Source: Trichoplax adhaerens (Eukaryota; Animalia; Placozoa). Taken from it: 64,000 bases of DNA. The position numbers were made by a program, and so were the translations under genes. The stretch lies in NCBI RefSeq assembly GCF_000150275.1, contig NW_002060947.1, positions 7,301,880 through 7,365,879 on the forward strand, in the 5' to 3' direction. A model generated the notes under the pieces. The model saw only the letters and a program-made list of their open reading frames with translations. It had not been told where the DNA came from and searched no databases. Shown here one piece after another: positions 12,095 through 25,894 of this stretch (within the stretch, counting starts at the first letter, position 1; the number at the start of each line of letters is the position of its first letter).

Positions 12095-13170
12095 TGTAAA
12101 ATGGCTGAAAGAAGTGTTGCTATACTGCAGTATTGCCTTCATGAATTAAATGATATCTTTCAAATTTGAAGAAGTCTGCTTTAAATTGAGCTCAAATTTC
12201 TCGCAGACAGATCAGTATTACAGAGGCGTAGAGAACCCTGTAGAATGGTTTGCTATACTGCAGTATTGCCTTCATGAATTAAATGATATCTTTCAAATTT
12301 GCAGAAGTCTGCTTTAAATTGAGCTCAAATTTCTCGCAGACAGATCAGTATTACAGAGGCGTAGCGAGCCCTGCAGAATGGCTTGCTATACTGCAGTATT
12401 GCCTTCATGAATTAAATGATATCTTTCAAATTTGCAGAAGTCTGCTTTAAATTGAGCTCAAATTTCTCGCAGACAGATCAGTATTACAGAGGCGTAGCGA
12501 GCACTGTAGAATGGTTTGCTATACTACAGTATTGCCTTCATTAATTAAATGATATCTTTCAAATTTGCAGAAGTCTGCTTTAAATTGAGCTCAAATTTCT
12601 CGCAGACAGATCAGTATTACAGAGGCGTAGCGAGCACTGTAGAATGATTTGCTATACTGCAGTATTACCTTCATTAATTAAATGATATCTTTCAAATTTG
12701 AAGACGTTTGCTTATAATTGAGCCCAAAATTCACGCAGACAGATCAGTATCACAGAGGCGTAGCGAGCCCTGTAAAATGGTTAAAAGATATTCAGCTATA
12801 CTGCACTATTGCCTTCATTAATTAAATGATATCTTTCAAATTTGAAGAAGTCTACTTTAAATTGAGCTCAAATTCTACTCAGACAGATCAGTACAACCTT
12901 AAGAGTACATGTTATATAAGATCGTTGTTACAAAGGCGTAGCGAGCCCTGTAGAATGGTTAAAAGATATTCAGCTATACTGCAGTATTGCCTTCATTAAT
13001 TAAATGATATCTTTCAAATTTGAAGAAGTCTGCTTTAAATTGAGCTCAAATTCTACTCAGACAGATCAGTACAACCTTGAGTACATGTTATATAAGATCG
13101 TTGTTACAAAGGCGTAGCGAGCCCTGTAGAATGGTTAAAAGATATTCAGCTATACTACAGTATTGCCTTA
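12095..13170. repeat. Minisatellite array, ~7.5 units (133,133,133,133,144,178,176 bp)
   Basis: Anchor gctatact(g/a)ca(g/c)tatt recurs at 12119, 12252, 12385, 12518, 12651, 12795, 12973 and 13149. Confidence 0.95.
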
Positions 13171-13727
13171 TTATTGTCATCATGTAGTACTTAACATATA
13201 CAACATACAACTTGCATATTCCTACCTGTAAGCATATTGAATGAAAATTAAATTTCCAATAGTAAAGAATAGTTCAAAATTGTCAATCATGCATTGTGTT
13301 TCCAAGCTTAGTTGTTAACGTTGGCACAAGGGACTTTGATACACTTCACTTAGTACACGTGTCTTTTTATAGCTTTATTTTCCGATACAAAGTAATCCTT
13401 ATACTGTAATTAGGTATATCATTACTCTACATCTTGGCTGATTGTATATACTTTTAAAAGTAGTAATCAATGGAAATTAAAACTGCTAGCAAGCGCTTCA
13501 CAAAATATCTTAGATTGGAGGATACTGTTATGTAGATATACTATGATTAACAGATTTAATAGACTTGTAATAGCATAAGATAATACAGCTTGCAATAATA
13601 CTGGCAATGGGAACAAGTAAGCCTTAATTAACAGCGCTTCGTAAGGTAAATATGAAAATATTGCCCGTAGAAGTACCATATTATAATTATGCATGAAATA
13701 GACTCGAAGGAGGGCATCCAGATAGAT

Positions 13728-15381
13728 TTAAATCGAATTTGTGTCGGCCTTCTTTATGTGTAGCCATCTCTTTAATCGCCTACCGCGAATGCATCCCCAC
13801 ACAAGATGATTGCTGATAGCCAATATCTGACCAGCCATTAAGGCTGCTCCATCTGTATTCAATGAGGTACAACAACCTAATCCACTGGGTAAAGTTAGCG
13901 ACGACCAAATGTCATCATGATGCCCTATCGGAGGGCAATTGATAACAGGGATAGTTGTATTTCCAGCCATGACAGGACCTAAGCCGTTGCTGCGGCCTGC
14001 TACAGCGATGAATACAGTTGGTATTTCAGTGCTTTCATAGCTAGCTAAAATACTGAGCAGTTCTTCGGTACTTTTGTGAGCTGAACTCACTCGAAGTTGA
14101 TAATCAATGTGCATCTCACGTAGAGTAGTTGCAATCTTCATGCAATGTTCTCGATCGCTTTCTGATCCCATGATGATCATAACTTTGCACGATGGACTTT
14201 TCATCAATTGGTCAATTTTCTTCGCTACCCATGCATAATTGCCACGAATTTCTTCCATGGCTTGATCGGTAACTTGTTTTAGATCCCGATAAGCTTGTTT
14301 ATCCTTTTGCAATCGTTTATCTCCGCTAGGCCATAATCTCCAGGAATCATTATCGATCACATCTGCAAGCAGCAATGTACCCGATGCTGAAACACCAAAT
14401 TCAACCTGCGATGCAATATTTTGTCAAATATCAAGTCGGTTAATCATTTTGCTGCAGCTAGCGTATACCGATTAAAAATAAAGTATATTACAAAGTTAAA
14501 ATTTATTACATTTGTAGAAAATACAGTAGAAACTTGGAGTAATTACTTAATCTTTTAGAGTCTGAAATAGGAGGACTGCACTATTAAACTTATATCTTAA
14601 ATACCAAAATCGATCAATATAACAAGTTATATCAAGGCTCACCTTTAAATCAATCAAATTGCAATTTAATGTAGACCAAGCTCTTTCTAGAATCTCAAAA
14701 GTGGCAAGGGCTACTTTGGACATGATATCTATTTCATCTTTACCAATAACGACTTTGCCAGCAGTTAATTTCATATGAAGAATTTGCTCAATACTCACTA
14801 ATGGGTCATGTTGAGCATCATCTTTGTAAAAGAATTCTAATTTTAGAGGTGAAAATCGATAGCCTTCTTTCACACCTTGATGCCTCTTCAGGAATGATCC
14901 TGTAGCTATCCTTCGTACTACTACCTCTAAGGGAATCATATTGCAGAAAATTGCTACAAATGAATTCTCATCATAGTGATAGCGATAATGAGTAGGAACG
15001 TCACAGTATTGTAGTAAATCAAATACGCCACATGTCGTCGCAGTACTATATTTGCCTTTAAAACTCATTTCATGAGCTCGTTGGCCATCAAAAGCAGTTA
15101 TGGCGTCTTTTGAACGTAATACTACTAAATTGCAACTGGTAGGATCATCGATAGCAAAGACAACCTTAGTTTTCCCTTCGATGATTTTTCTACCAATTTT
15201 GATTTCTTTTTTGGCACAAGTATCTAGAGCAGATGAAAAGTTTTCTCATGAAGGCAGCTATGGTTCATGTACTGACGAGTATTTGTTGATGTAATCTATA
15301 CCAATAATTTACGCTTAGCTATCCTATATCTAATTCAAGATAAAACATATCCTTGAATTTCTTACCTGTATCTGAACTCAT
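13728..15381 (-). CDS. PAICS: Bifunctional SAICAR synthetase / AIR carboxylase, 3 exons
   Basis: Exons 15381-15366 (MSSDT), 15223-14643 and 14405-13728. Motifs EGKTK, MIPLEVVVRRIATGSFLKR, LIDLKVEFG, LADVIDNDSWRLWP, MGSESD, SAHK, AGRSNGLGPV, PVINCPP. Confidence 0.96.
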
Positions 15382-17504
15382 CACGTCTACTGGACGATTT
15401 AATCTATTTCACACTCTCGAACTTCTTTTCTCTGTCTGCTCTCAATACAGTCTAGAACAGGTATAGAAGGGCCTAACTGATCTTTGCAAGACTCTAAATA
15501 TTATTCTCACTTTGGGCTTAAACGTTCTTTCCAACTACGCTCGGTAAAATTATTACGTTAGTAGTTACACCAATATTTATGTACTTTTTGCATGACAAGC
15601 TATGATGACTTTGCTGCTTAATTAAATGCGTGTTGGTATCTGTTAGCTTAAATTAAAAACGAGAATATTGTGTACGCAAAGTAAAATTCTTAACACCAAG
15701 TAATGTCATTGTCAAGTTGAATATTATTATCACTAATTGTAATTAATAAATGACACAAGGCGGTGCCTTTTGAAATCTATCGCCTATTTCGTGCAATTTA
15801 CTTTTACTGATCATTTATTGGGATATTAGAGAAATATTTGATATAGCAGCCAGTTTTTTACAGCTTAATACAGTGCAACAGTAGCACACATATCATCAAC
15901 AATTCACGAAGCTCTCTATCGAAATACTATACTTATAAATGATGGAACTAGACGGCATTTGTAGTTTGCATATTTATTTATTTACAACAATAATTGGTTA
16001 CTACGCTCCTTTATTTGATTGAATTTAATTCAGAGCAATTACCTAAATTATACTAGGCTTAGCAGTTACTGATTTCTTACTAGCTTTCCCAGAAGGACTG
16101 AGAATAAAATACTATTGTTTTGCAAGCGAATAAAATAGAAGAAAAACTTGGATATGATTCTCAGCTAAAAGTGTGTAACTAATCTGCACTACGAAGGATT
16201 TTATGATAGCATTTATTAGCTAAAATTTCAATCAGTGACTTCTAACTATTACTATTAGTAGACTATTAAAAATAATAAAATAATTCGCCATTGCCTATTA
16301 AGTATGATTAAGGGCTCAGCAAAAGCATGCATTCGGAAATATATAAGAATAAGAAAAATATGCGTAAGAATATCATAGACTCATGATTGGTATAGATGAA
16401 AAAAGTATATATATTCAATAAGGTGTCGATATATCCCGCATTGCATCTATTCGTCATTCACACCTTGGATATATATTATTTGAGCTAACACCTTCACGGA
16501 TTTTGAGCATTAGTCCCTTTTCGTAAAAGCCTTATTTACTGGAGCTACATTACAATATCAATCTATACTCTCCTATACATGTTTACTATCGAACATAATA
16601 AAAGTTTTGTATATGGCGATATAAGGCAATCAATTAGATTCTGTGAGGGTTTATAATTACCAGGGAGAGTTAAAACCATCTCGATAGGACCGTTTACTAA
16701 TTACCCCCTCCCCCAAAAATGTCCTTTGTAAAGCATCGCTCATGAAGTTAAGGAAGCATGAGAGAGCAGCAATAGGTATTATTTTGATTGTCACTATAAA
16801 ATATTATTAGTATAAGATTTTTAAGTCTTACAGCATCGATGCATTGTAACTTTGCTATCACCTATTTCGATTCTGTATAGAGCCATCATCAATTTTTTTA
16901 CCATTAATTATAAGTAACTATTTCATCATATTTCGCGATATTGTTTACCTACTTGACAGATACTACACCACATTAAGTCAGAGAAAAAGGACGGATTCGT
17001 TGGCTAAAAAAGGATAAATCGTATTAACTGTAAACTTAGATTTGTCTTTTGGAGAATTCGTTTTCCTAACGTGAGTGCACATAGAAATCTAATATTCTCA
17101 AAGTAATTGTATGTGAATATCGTAGTTTTTGTTCATTGAAGTGAATTACTACATAGCTAGATTGAAAAGTAATGGCTGCCATTAGAGAAGATTAGTCCAC
17201 TATCAAAATCATACTATTTAGTCAATGTATTATAGTTTACTGTAAACTAGAAAAGGAAACTGCAGCCTTCAGAAAGAGATTAGATTCATTATAAAAATAA
17301 AGATTTTATTACATCATGGATCAGCTAATCATCAATTACGGAATATGAGTATGGTGAATGATTAATTAAGAAAATACAACCTTGTAATAGTGTTATATAA
17401 TTATGAAATACTACTTAAAATGCTATACTTCTTTAACGTTTTATATTACTATATTATATAATAATAGATAGTTTGATGGATTAATTTCAGGATTTATAAT
17501 AGAT
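15382..17504. promoter_or_regulatory. Divergent (bidirectional) intergenic region shared by PAICS and PPAT, probably including a PPAT 5'-UTR intron
   Basis: Start codons point away from each other, 2.1 kb apart. A donor-like gtgagt at 17071 and an acceptor tttcag ending at 17490 lie upstream of the PPAT ATG. Confidence 0.55.
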
Positions 17505-19595
17505 ATGGAATTACACGAGGCTTGCGGTGTATTTGGTGTATTAGCCAAAGAGCCTTGCGTAAAAATTGCTGAAGTAATATATCATGGACTAATTGGGCTA
17601 CAACACAGGTAATGGAATTACTTTATTTCTCAAATTTAAACTAATGCCTGAAATTAATAAACTATTTATGTAAATAATTAGATTGCAGATTTTGCTAGCA
17701 TTGACAGGATGCTTTCTTCGACAATAGATAGTTATGTCATTTAGTATCTGCGTGTATACAAACGGCTAAGCTAGAAAGAATAATTCATAAATTACATAGG
17801 ATTATCTTATATTGCTAATGCTTATAGGGGTCAAGAGAGTGCGGGAATGATTATTAGTGACGGCACAACCATGAAAGAAATCAAAGGAATGGGTTTGGTA
17901 AGTCATATTATGACTGATGAAATGATGGATCGACTGTCTGGAGGGAAGCTAGGAATTGGACATACACGTTATTCCACGCAAGGTGCTTCAGATCTAGCTA
18001 ATTGTCAGCCAATATCTACGGAGACATTTAGGGGCAGAATTGCTCTTGCTCATAATGGGCAACTGATCAATAAAGATCATTTGAGGAATCAATTATTATC
18101 GCAAGATATTAAATTAACCACAGAGAGCGATAGTGAAATTATACTGAAAATATTAGCTGCCATTATGCTGAAATATAGCAATTACGATCCAGAATCAGCT
18201 GATTGGATGAAAGTTATTGAAGAATTTATGAACCAAAGTGTCTTGTCTTATTCTTTCATCATGATGACCCGTGATCGTTTATATGGAGTTCGAGATCCTT
18301 ATGGAAATAGGCCACTTTGTATTGGAAGATTCCATGCTGAAGGTGATACTACTAGAACGATGGGGTGGATTTTATCATCGGAATCTTCACCATTTCTCTC
18401 CATTTCAGCCAAACTATGGCGAGAAGTTCAACCAGGTGAAATTGTGTGCTTACATCTAAGTGATAATGGCGACGAGAACTTGATATCTCATCCAAATCAA
18501 AATTGTACGAATAAGTTAGCATCGTGCCTTTTTGAATATGTATATTTTTCAAGATCTGACACTATTTTGGAAAATCAAATGGTCTATTCTGTCCGATTTC
18601 GATGTGGTCAGTTACTCGCTATAAAAGCTCCAGTTTATAACGCTGACTTGGTTAGTTGCATCCCCAACTCTTCTACACCAGCTGCTCTAGGCTATTCCAT
18701 ACAGTCTACAATTCCCTATGTACAAGTTTTGATCAGAAATACGTATGTTGGTCGAACTTTTATCCAGCCAAATCATCAAACCAGACAATCCAGCATTAAA
18801 AGAAAATTTGGGCTATTAACGGAGAATATTTTGGGGAAGAAAATAATCCTGATTGATGATTCGATAGTTCGTGGTAATACGATTATTCCATTAATTCAAG
18901 CATTAAAATCAGCAGGTGCTAAAGAGGTGAGACAGAATAATAAGCTACGATTTAAAAATTTTGCAATGTTAGTTACATTAATCTACAAAATTATTGTAGA
19001 ATTTTGAAGACTTTTCTAGACATGTCGTATTATATAGGCTATATCTTGTCTAGCAAGTCAAAGCAGTCACAAAGTATAAGATGTTTAAACTTTACAATTG
19101 ATTCGATATCTAAATTTAAAATAACACAGATCCATATTCGTGTTGCTTCTCCACCAGTCCGCCATCCTTGCTTTATGGGTATCGACATTCCTACTCAGGA
19201 TGAATTAATTGCTAATAAAGTTGCTAGCTTGACTCAACTGGCTAAAAAACTCGATGCCGATAGCGTAGAATATCTCTCATACCAAGACTTATTGCTAGCA
19301 GTGCAAAACGGTCAGCATTCTAAAGGCGAAATGTAGATACTTTATTACTTTAAGTGAGTAGTCAGTGAGCTGGCAAATAGGTAGTGATACTGAGTATGCC
19401 TACGAATATGCTACAATAACCAGCGTACTTTACTTTAATACTTGAGTTAGAGTTACATTTTAGAATTACACATTACTATTAGATATGTACTTTACTGATT
19501 GCTTTATCATCAAAGGTATTGGAGATAATAGTCACAGGCGCGGATATTGCAGTGCCTGCTTTACTGGAGAATATCCCGTATCCTTGGATTGGTGA
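17505..19595 (+). CDS. PPAT: Amidophosphoribosyltransferase (glutamine PRPP amidotransferase), Fe-S type, 4 coding exons
   Basis: Exons 17505-17608, 17828-18926, 19130-19310, 19516-19595. Motifs MELHEA-CGVFG, LQHRGQESAG, GIGHTRYST, AHNG, CLFEYVYF, IILIDDSIVRGNT, PCFMGID and C-terminal YCSACFTGEYP. Confidence 0.96.
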
Positions 19596-20801
19596 AAATG
19601 GAGATGCTACTTTTAAGATAAGCAACTAGTCGATGGCAAGAATAATAGTCTGGCTGAATGATTTTTAATGGGACTCTAACTGTGATTGGAATACAACGAG
19701 TCTTTTCGATGTAGCTAGGTATAGCAATATTAATTAAAAGTATAATATGCTCAAAAGACGCCGTTTTACCGTTCTTCTTCCAGCCAGAACAGTCACATTT
19801 TCCCTTAATTTATCGCAACAGTGATATATAACCCTCATATACGTTAGAGTTAAGTTATATTAATATACGAGATTAATTCCTACTGGTAACATTGCAATCT
19901 TAATTCCATGCATTGGTACGTAAAGGGTATTTATTGAATTGATATATTGGCTATTGTCTGATGGTTTTTATTACTGTTTCGTGCTTGATCGATGATATGA
20001 TGATGCTTGATTGTTAATCTGCTAATGATTTGAAAATATGGTTTTAATAATGTAAGTAACAGTATAACCATTACAAATGCAAAGCCCTACTTCAAGGTAT
20101 CAAGATATGTAATTGAAAACGCTTACAATAGAAGTGATGCTATATCATAATAACTTTATATCTGTAGATATCGCTATTAATAATTATCGATTGTAGGTCA
20201 ATGTTTCAACCTGTAAAGAATGCCAAAATGGCTTTTTTTTAAGCAAATATGCATAAACCAAATTTCGATATGATTGATACGCGTTCGTAGGATTTTTTGC
20301 ATGAATTAACACTGAATTTATTATGTTACTTTATAGCATCGCATATTAAGGACTATAAATTGATATTTTAAGATTTAGATATTGCTTCAGAATATATTAG
20401 ATTAACTAAAAAAAGTTCCTACGCTTAGATTACAAAGGGACTATGTAAATACTGAAAGTGTTTGTGAAATATGTACAGCATTTAAAATTTGCTAATACCA
20501 GTATGTATATCGATAAGAATAAATGTCAGATGCAATTAGTAGGTACAATTGTACGATAAATATATGTCACGGGCGATACATATTGTACAATTTGTAAAAT
20601 TCAAATAAATTATAATATTCCATATAGGCATTAGTACCGTATGTCCTAGTACATTTCTTAAGAAAAAAGGCTAAATTTTGTTATCGTACGGCGTTAGCAA
20701 GAATAATATATTAGCTGGTCATATCTGCTCACTATTGCCGTGTCTTTTATAATACAGTACATACATTAAATCATTCAATAGCTTCCAAGAAAATTAAGTA
20801 A

Positions 20802-23678
20802 TCATATTTCATTCGCGTTTTTGACGGCCATTTCCGGCTCGTTCTTGTAGCACATTAAGTATCCTTGAAGTGCAGCCATGCTAACATTCTTCTTTGCAGA
20901 GGTGACATTTTTGCTAAAATGAGTAAAAATGTAAACGTTCTGTCAAAAAATAGCCTATGCAAATTCAACGGATCAAAGATTGATAATTTTATTTTCTAAT
21001 TTCATTTGCCCTCAATTTAAGGTTAACGAATAAGTGTTTCGCCACGTCAGTGTTACCATTAGCACGTATACTTACACAAACGTATTTGCCAATTCTCCAC
21101 TATCGGGAAAGAATCTATTAAACATTCGAACCATTTGATTTGCATCTGCGTCGCCAAGATAGCATTTCATATCGACACGTCCTGGACGAATAAGGGCTGG
21201 ATCTAGTCTATCGATATGATTTGTGGTCATAAAAACTAGCCTCTGTTCCGATGACGCCACACCATCAAGAGCGTTCAATAAGCCGCTTTTATGTATTGAA
21301 AATGAACACAAATGCAATGTCCAAGGTTACATCATACAGCCACATGGTAATTAGTAACTAGGCCAAAAAGTAGCAGCAATACATACCTAAAGGTTACACC
21401 CGTTACAAAGCCTTTTGCAACGCTAGCAGCATCTCTTTTCATGAATGCCACGTCAATATCTTCCAGGAGTACAATACTTTGATGTGGAACCGTACTAAGC
21501 GATTGAATCAGACTAAGGCAAGATAAGCAGTTTAGAGTTATTAAAAAATGAATAAAACGTATACTGTAGATGAAAGATAAATCAGATCCATTCACTACCG
21601 CAGTATGACAAGATTGCGAATTACATTTATAGATTAATGAACCAAGTTTATTTCTGATACATATTTGCAACAAGTACTCACCTATCATCCGTCAAGCCAC
21701 GCTGTGAGAGATTTAAGATACAAATATTATAATCTAATTCACCAGCAACAGCAGTTATAAAACTAGTTTTTCCACTTCCAGGTGGCCCATAAAGTAAATA
21801 ACCACGTCGATAAGGGATCCCTACAATTATCGATTTCATTACAAGCGCACTAATTGAACAGATGTATTCCTACACTAGTTAGGCTTTATGTTATAGCTAA
21901 CCATAATATCAGATTAAGAATATACCCATACGTATATTGTACAGTCTCATAAGGAATCACAAATCTCAACTAAGCCTACTGATTTTTCTACCTCTTGTAC
22001 GATACCAGTTTGTATTTGTTAAAAAATCGTGAATATCATCCATGATTTTTTCAGCTAGTCCATCTTGTAAGATGACAGACTTGATATTTCTCTTGAGCCT
22101 TGGAAGACCGAATGGTCTCCATTCTGTGCCCCAGCTAGTATAAATTACAGTCTTGCCTTCATTTAATGACTCCGCTCTAAGTTTAGCTTCGTATAAAAAG
22201 TTCTCAAATAATTTCAAATCTTTTCCAATAGCTGTGAAAGTGACCGTTTCGAATGGCACACCATTTGTTAGATCAAGCATTTGCTTTTCTCGTATTCGTT
22301 CTACACTTAACCAATTGCCTTTATAACGGATGAAATGTCTACCAGGGCAAGGTGAATATGAAAATTCTGTGCTAAAACTATAAGAGAAAGCGATCTTGAA
22401 TGTTATGTAAAAATCTTATTTGTCCTATAGCATAGCAGGTATAATATGCTAGCCAGAACTGTAAACAATATTATTTTTGCCATCTATACTGTTCTATCTA
22501 TGAAGGGTTTTTTAAATTTCAATAAGCAAAACTACTGTCTATAGCACAAGACTTATAAGGTATGAATGCTTTACAGAAATAGAAGTCACAAGGGCATTGA
22601 TTATCCTTACTCTAAATCAATAAGCAGTCAGTGAGCGTGAATTCTTAGCAACTCTGCAAATCCTTATCTTACGCCATTGTACAATTTTAAGCAAATTTAC
22701 AAATTCGAGCAACCAACTGCTATTCTCGTGGTAGGGTAAATAATGAAGGAAACGCGCTACGTAAAGTCGAAGAGCTGATAGGTTATCGTTTCGGTAGATT
22801 ACTAACCAAGTTCTATGCAAGTTTCGCATTGTACAAGTGCCTGAATCTGGCGATAATCATGGAATCTAAAGATAATCATCCATACCGTTGTGTCTATGAA
22901 TGATTATGCATGAGTTGACAGAATGATAGAATTACTACTATCTTGGTATAGCAAATTGTGAGCTAGATGAGTTGATAAGCAAGATAGTAAGTAATAAGGT
23001 TTACGACATCGATGTCCATCATGCATGCAAATTAAAATCTATACTGTCGTGTTCGTTGCTGATACATCACTATTGATTAGTTTGAGGCATCCCCAAATTA
23101 TCATTACTGTAGATGCATCTACGGCTATATTTACTCATTAGAAGAATCACTAGAAATATTACTCTTTCAAGTACACACACGCTAATGCATAGGCATTGAA
23201 AACTATCGTAAAAGATGGACGAATTGGAGAATTGATTGATGTATTTTGTATCCTTGCAGTTTTCCATCACAAGCATAGGATAGTATGTATCACCCTTGGA
23301 AGAATAGCTAATTTACATGATTGATTGGTTAACATCACCGTACGATGAGATAAAGTATTGGAGCTACATAAGCTAAAAATGAATTATATCCAGTATTTCT
23401 ACATTCATTTCTACCCTAGCTTACCGTCCATTAGCTAGTTGAATCGATTTGGTTTGGACAGTAACATGTTGAGTTTTGCTGCCTTGCTCAGTAATCCATT
23501 GCAAAACCCATGGGTAACTTGGATCCTTACTGGTAACTTCAAGTGTTCGCAATAGATTTCGTTTGGCCAGTACTAAACTTCCTTGCAATCCTTTCCTCAA
23601 CATTGTAATGCCTAGACCGATTCCAGCTAGGCCAAAACCTGCTGAAAAATAGGGATTATCACCTAAAGCCTCCAACAT
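20802..23678 (-). CDS. BCS1L: Mitochondrial AAA chaperone BCS1 (complex III assembly)
   Basis: Starts [17 protein letters not shown]. Contains [25 protein letters not shown] (Walker A), VLLEDID (Walker B), [32 protein letters not shown] and final exon [11 protein letters not shown] with TGA at 20804-20802. Confidence 0.95.
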
Positions 23679-23949
23679 GGTGGTGCAGATTAATGAAGAA
23701 GAAGCTCGACGAGATGACTGATGCAAGCTTGCACAATCGCCAGTCACAGTTATACACAACCGGAACCAGATTCTGCCAGTCTGATTTATTTACCGTATCA
23801 GTGTATTGCGCTATTGTACTCTATTTTGACTGGGATTCAATCTTGTAGCGCCAACATCTACTTTATTATTACTATTTTATATGACAGTGCCCTGCTGTCG
23901 GTGGATTTGTATGTGCCAACAGACTACTGCTATACTATATCCTTCTTTC

Positions 23950-25620
23950 GACATCAGCTTTAGCAATATAGTTTGATATAGAATTCATTTGATAGGTGTT
24001 GAAAAGTATGAAAGAGGTCAAGTCATGCTCTAACTTAGGAATCGACGCTATATCCTTATTTTGACGTTAGCTATAGTAATATAGCTTGATATAGAATTCA
24101 TCCAATAGCTGTTGAAAAGTATGCAATGAGGTCAAGTCTTGCTCTAACCTAGCAATCGACTCTATATCCTTATTTTGACATCAGCTATAGCAATATAGTT
24201 TGATATAGAATTCATGGAATAGGTATTGAAAAGTATGCAATGAGGTCAAGTATTGCTCTAACCTAGCAATCGACTCTATATCCTTATTTTGACATCAGCT
24301 ATAGCAATATAGTTTGATATAGAATTCATGGAATAGGTATTGAAAAGTATGCAATGAGGTCAAGTCTTGCTCTAACCTAGCAATCGACGCTATATCCTTA
24401 TTTTGACATCAGCTATAGCAATATAGTTTGATATAGAATTCATTTGATAGGTGTTGAAAAGTATGCAATGGGGTCAAGTCTTGCTCTAACCTAGCAATTG
24501 ACGCTATATCCTTATTTTGACATCAGCTTTAGCAATATAGTTTGATATAGAATTCATCCAATAGGTATTGAAAAGTATGCAATGAGGTCAAGTCTTGCTC
24601 TAACCTAGCAATCGACGCTATATCCTTATTTTGACGTCAGCTATAGCAATATAGTTTGATATAGAATTCATTTGATAGGTGTTGAAAAGTATGAAAAGAG
24701 GTCAAGTCTTGCTCTAACTTAGGAATCGACGCTATATCCTTATTTTGACATCAGCTATAGCAATATAGTTTGATATAGAATTCATTTGATAGGTGTTGAA
24801 AAGTATGCAATGAGGTCAAGTATTGCTCTAACCTAGCAATCGACTCTATATCCTTATTTTGACATCAGCTATAGCAATATAGTTTGATATAGAATTCATT
24901 TGATTGGTGTTGAAAAGTATGCAACGAGGTCAAGTCTTGCTCTAACCTAGCAATTGACGCTATATCCTTATTTTGACATCAGCTTTAGCAATATAGTTTG
25001 ATATAGAATTCATGGAATAGGTATTGAAAAGTATGCAATGAGGTCAAGTCTTGCTCTAACCTAGCAGTCGACGCTATATCCTTATTTTGACGTCAGCTTT
25101 AGCAATATAGTTTGATATAGAATTCATTTGATAGGTGTTGAAAAGTATGCAACGAGGTCAAGTCTTGCTCTAACCTAGCAATCGACGCTATATCCTTATT
25201 TTGACATCAGCTATAGCAATATAGTTTGATATAGAATTCATTTGATAGGTGTTGAAAAGTATGCAATGAGGTCAAGTCTTGCTCTAACCTAGCAATTGAC
25301 GCTATATCCTTATTTTGACATCAGCTATAGCAATATAGTTTGATATAGAATTCATTTAATAGCTGTTGAAAAGTATGCAATGAGGTCAAGTCTTGCTCTA
25401 ACCTAGCAATCGACTCTATATCCTTATTTTGACGTCAGCTATAGTAATATAGTTTGATATAGAATTCATTGAATAGGTGTTGAAAAGTATGCAATGAGGT
25501 CAAGTCTTGCTCTAGCTTAGGAATCAACGCTATGTCCTTATTTTGACGTCAGCTATAGTAATATAGTTTGATATAGAATTCATTTAATAGCTGTTGAAAA
25601 GTATAGAAGGAGGTCAAGTT
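23950..25620. repeat. Homogeneous 114-bp satellite, ~15 copies, one EcoRI site per unit
   Basis: gaattc at 23981 and 24094, then every 114 bp (24208, 24322 ... 25462, 25576). Confidence 0.97.
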
Positions 25621-25894
25621 TTTGCATGCATCCAGCTCTACTATGTTATGTTTTAGAAATGAGTTCACTTCGTCAATAAGATTTGTAACTGCAATTTATT
25701 ATTAATGATCGGTATTGACAGCTACATGAGGTTGCACCTCGATACCATTACAATTTATACTTCGCACTATAATTAGTAAATTATCAGTCTGCCTTTTACA
25801 ACGGTAGCACCTACAGTGTCACAAGTACTACCATACAATTATCAGATAGGTACATATACTGGATAGTGTTTCTAACTAATTGTATAACATACTA

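Noticed and set aside
23950-25620. CRISPR-like array or coding repeat (114 bp = 38 codons)
   Set aside because: No unique spacers, no cas genes, eukaryotic context, and no ORF of 60 aa or more in any frame.
12095-25620. Common origin of the 133-bp and 114-bp satellites
   Set aside because: Only a short word (tcagctata) is shared, which is not significant in AT-rich DNA.
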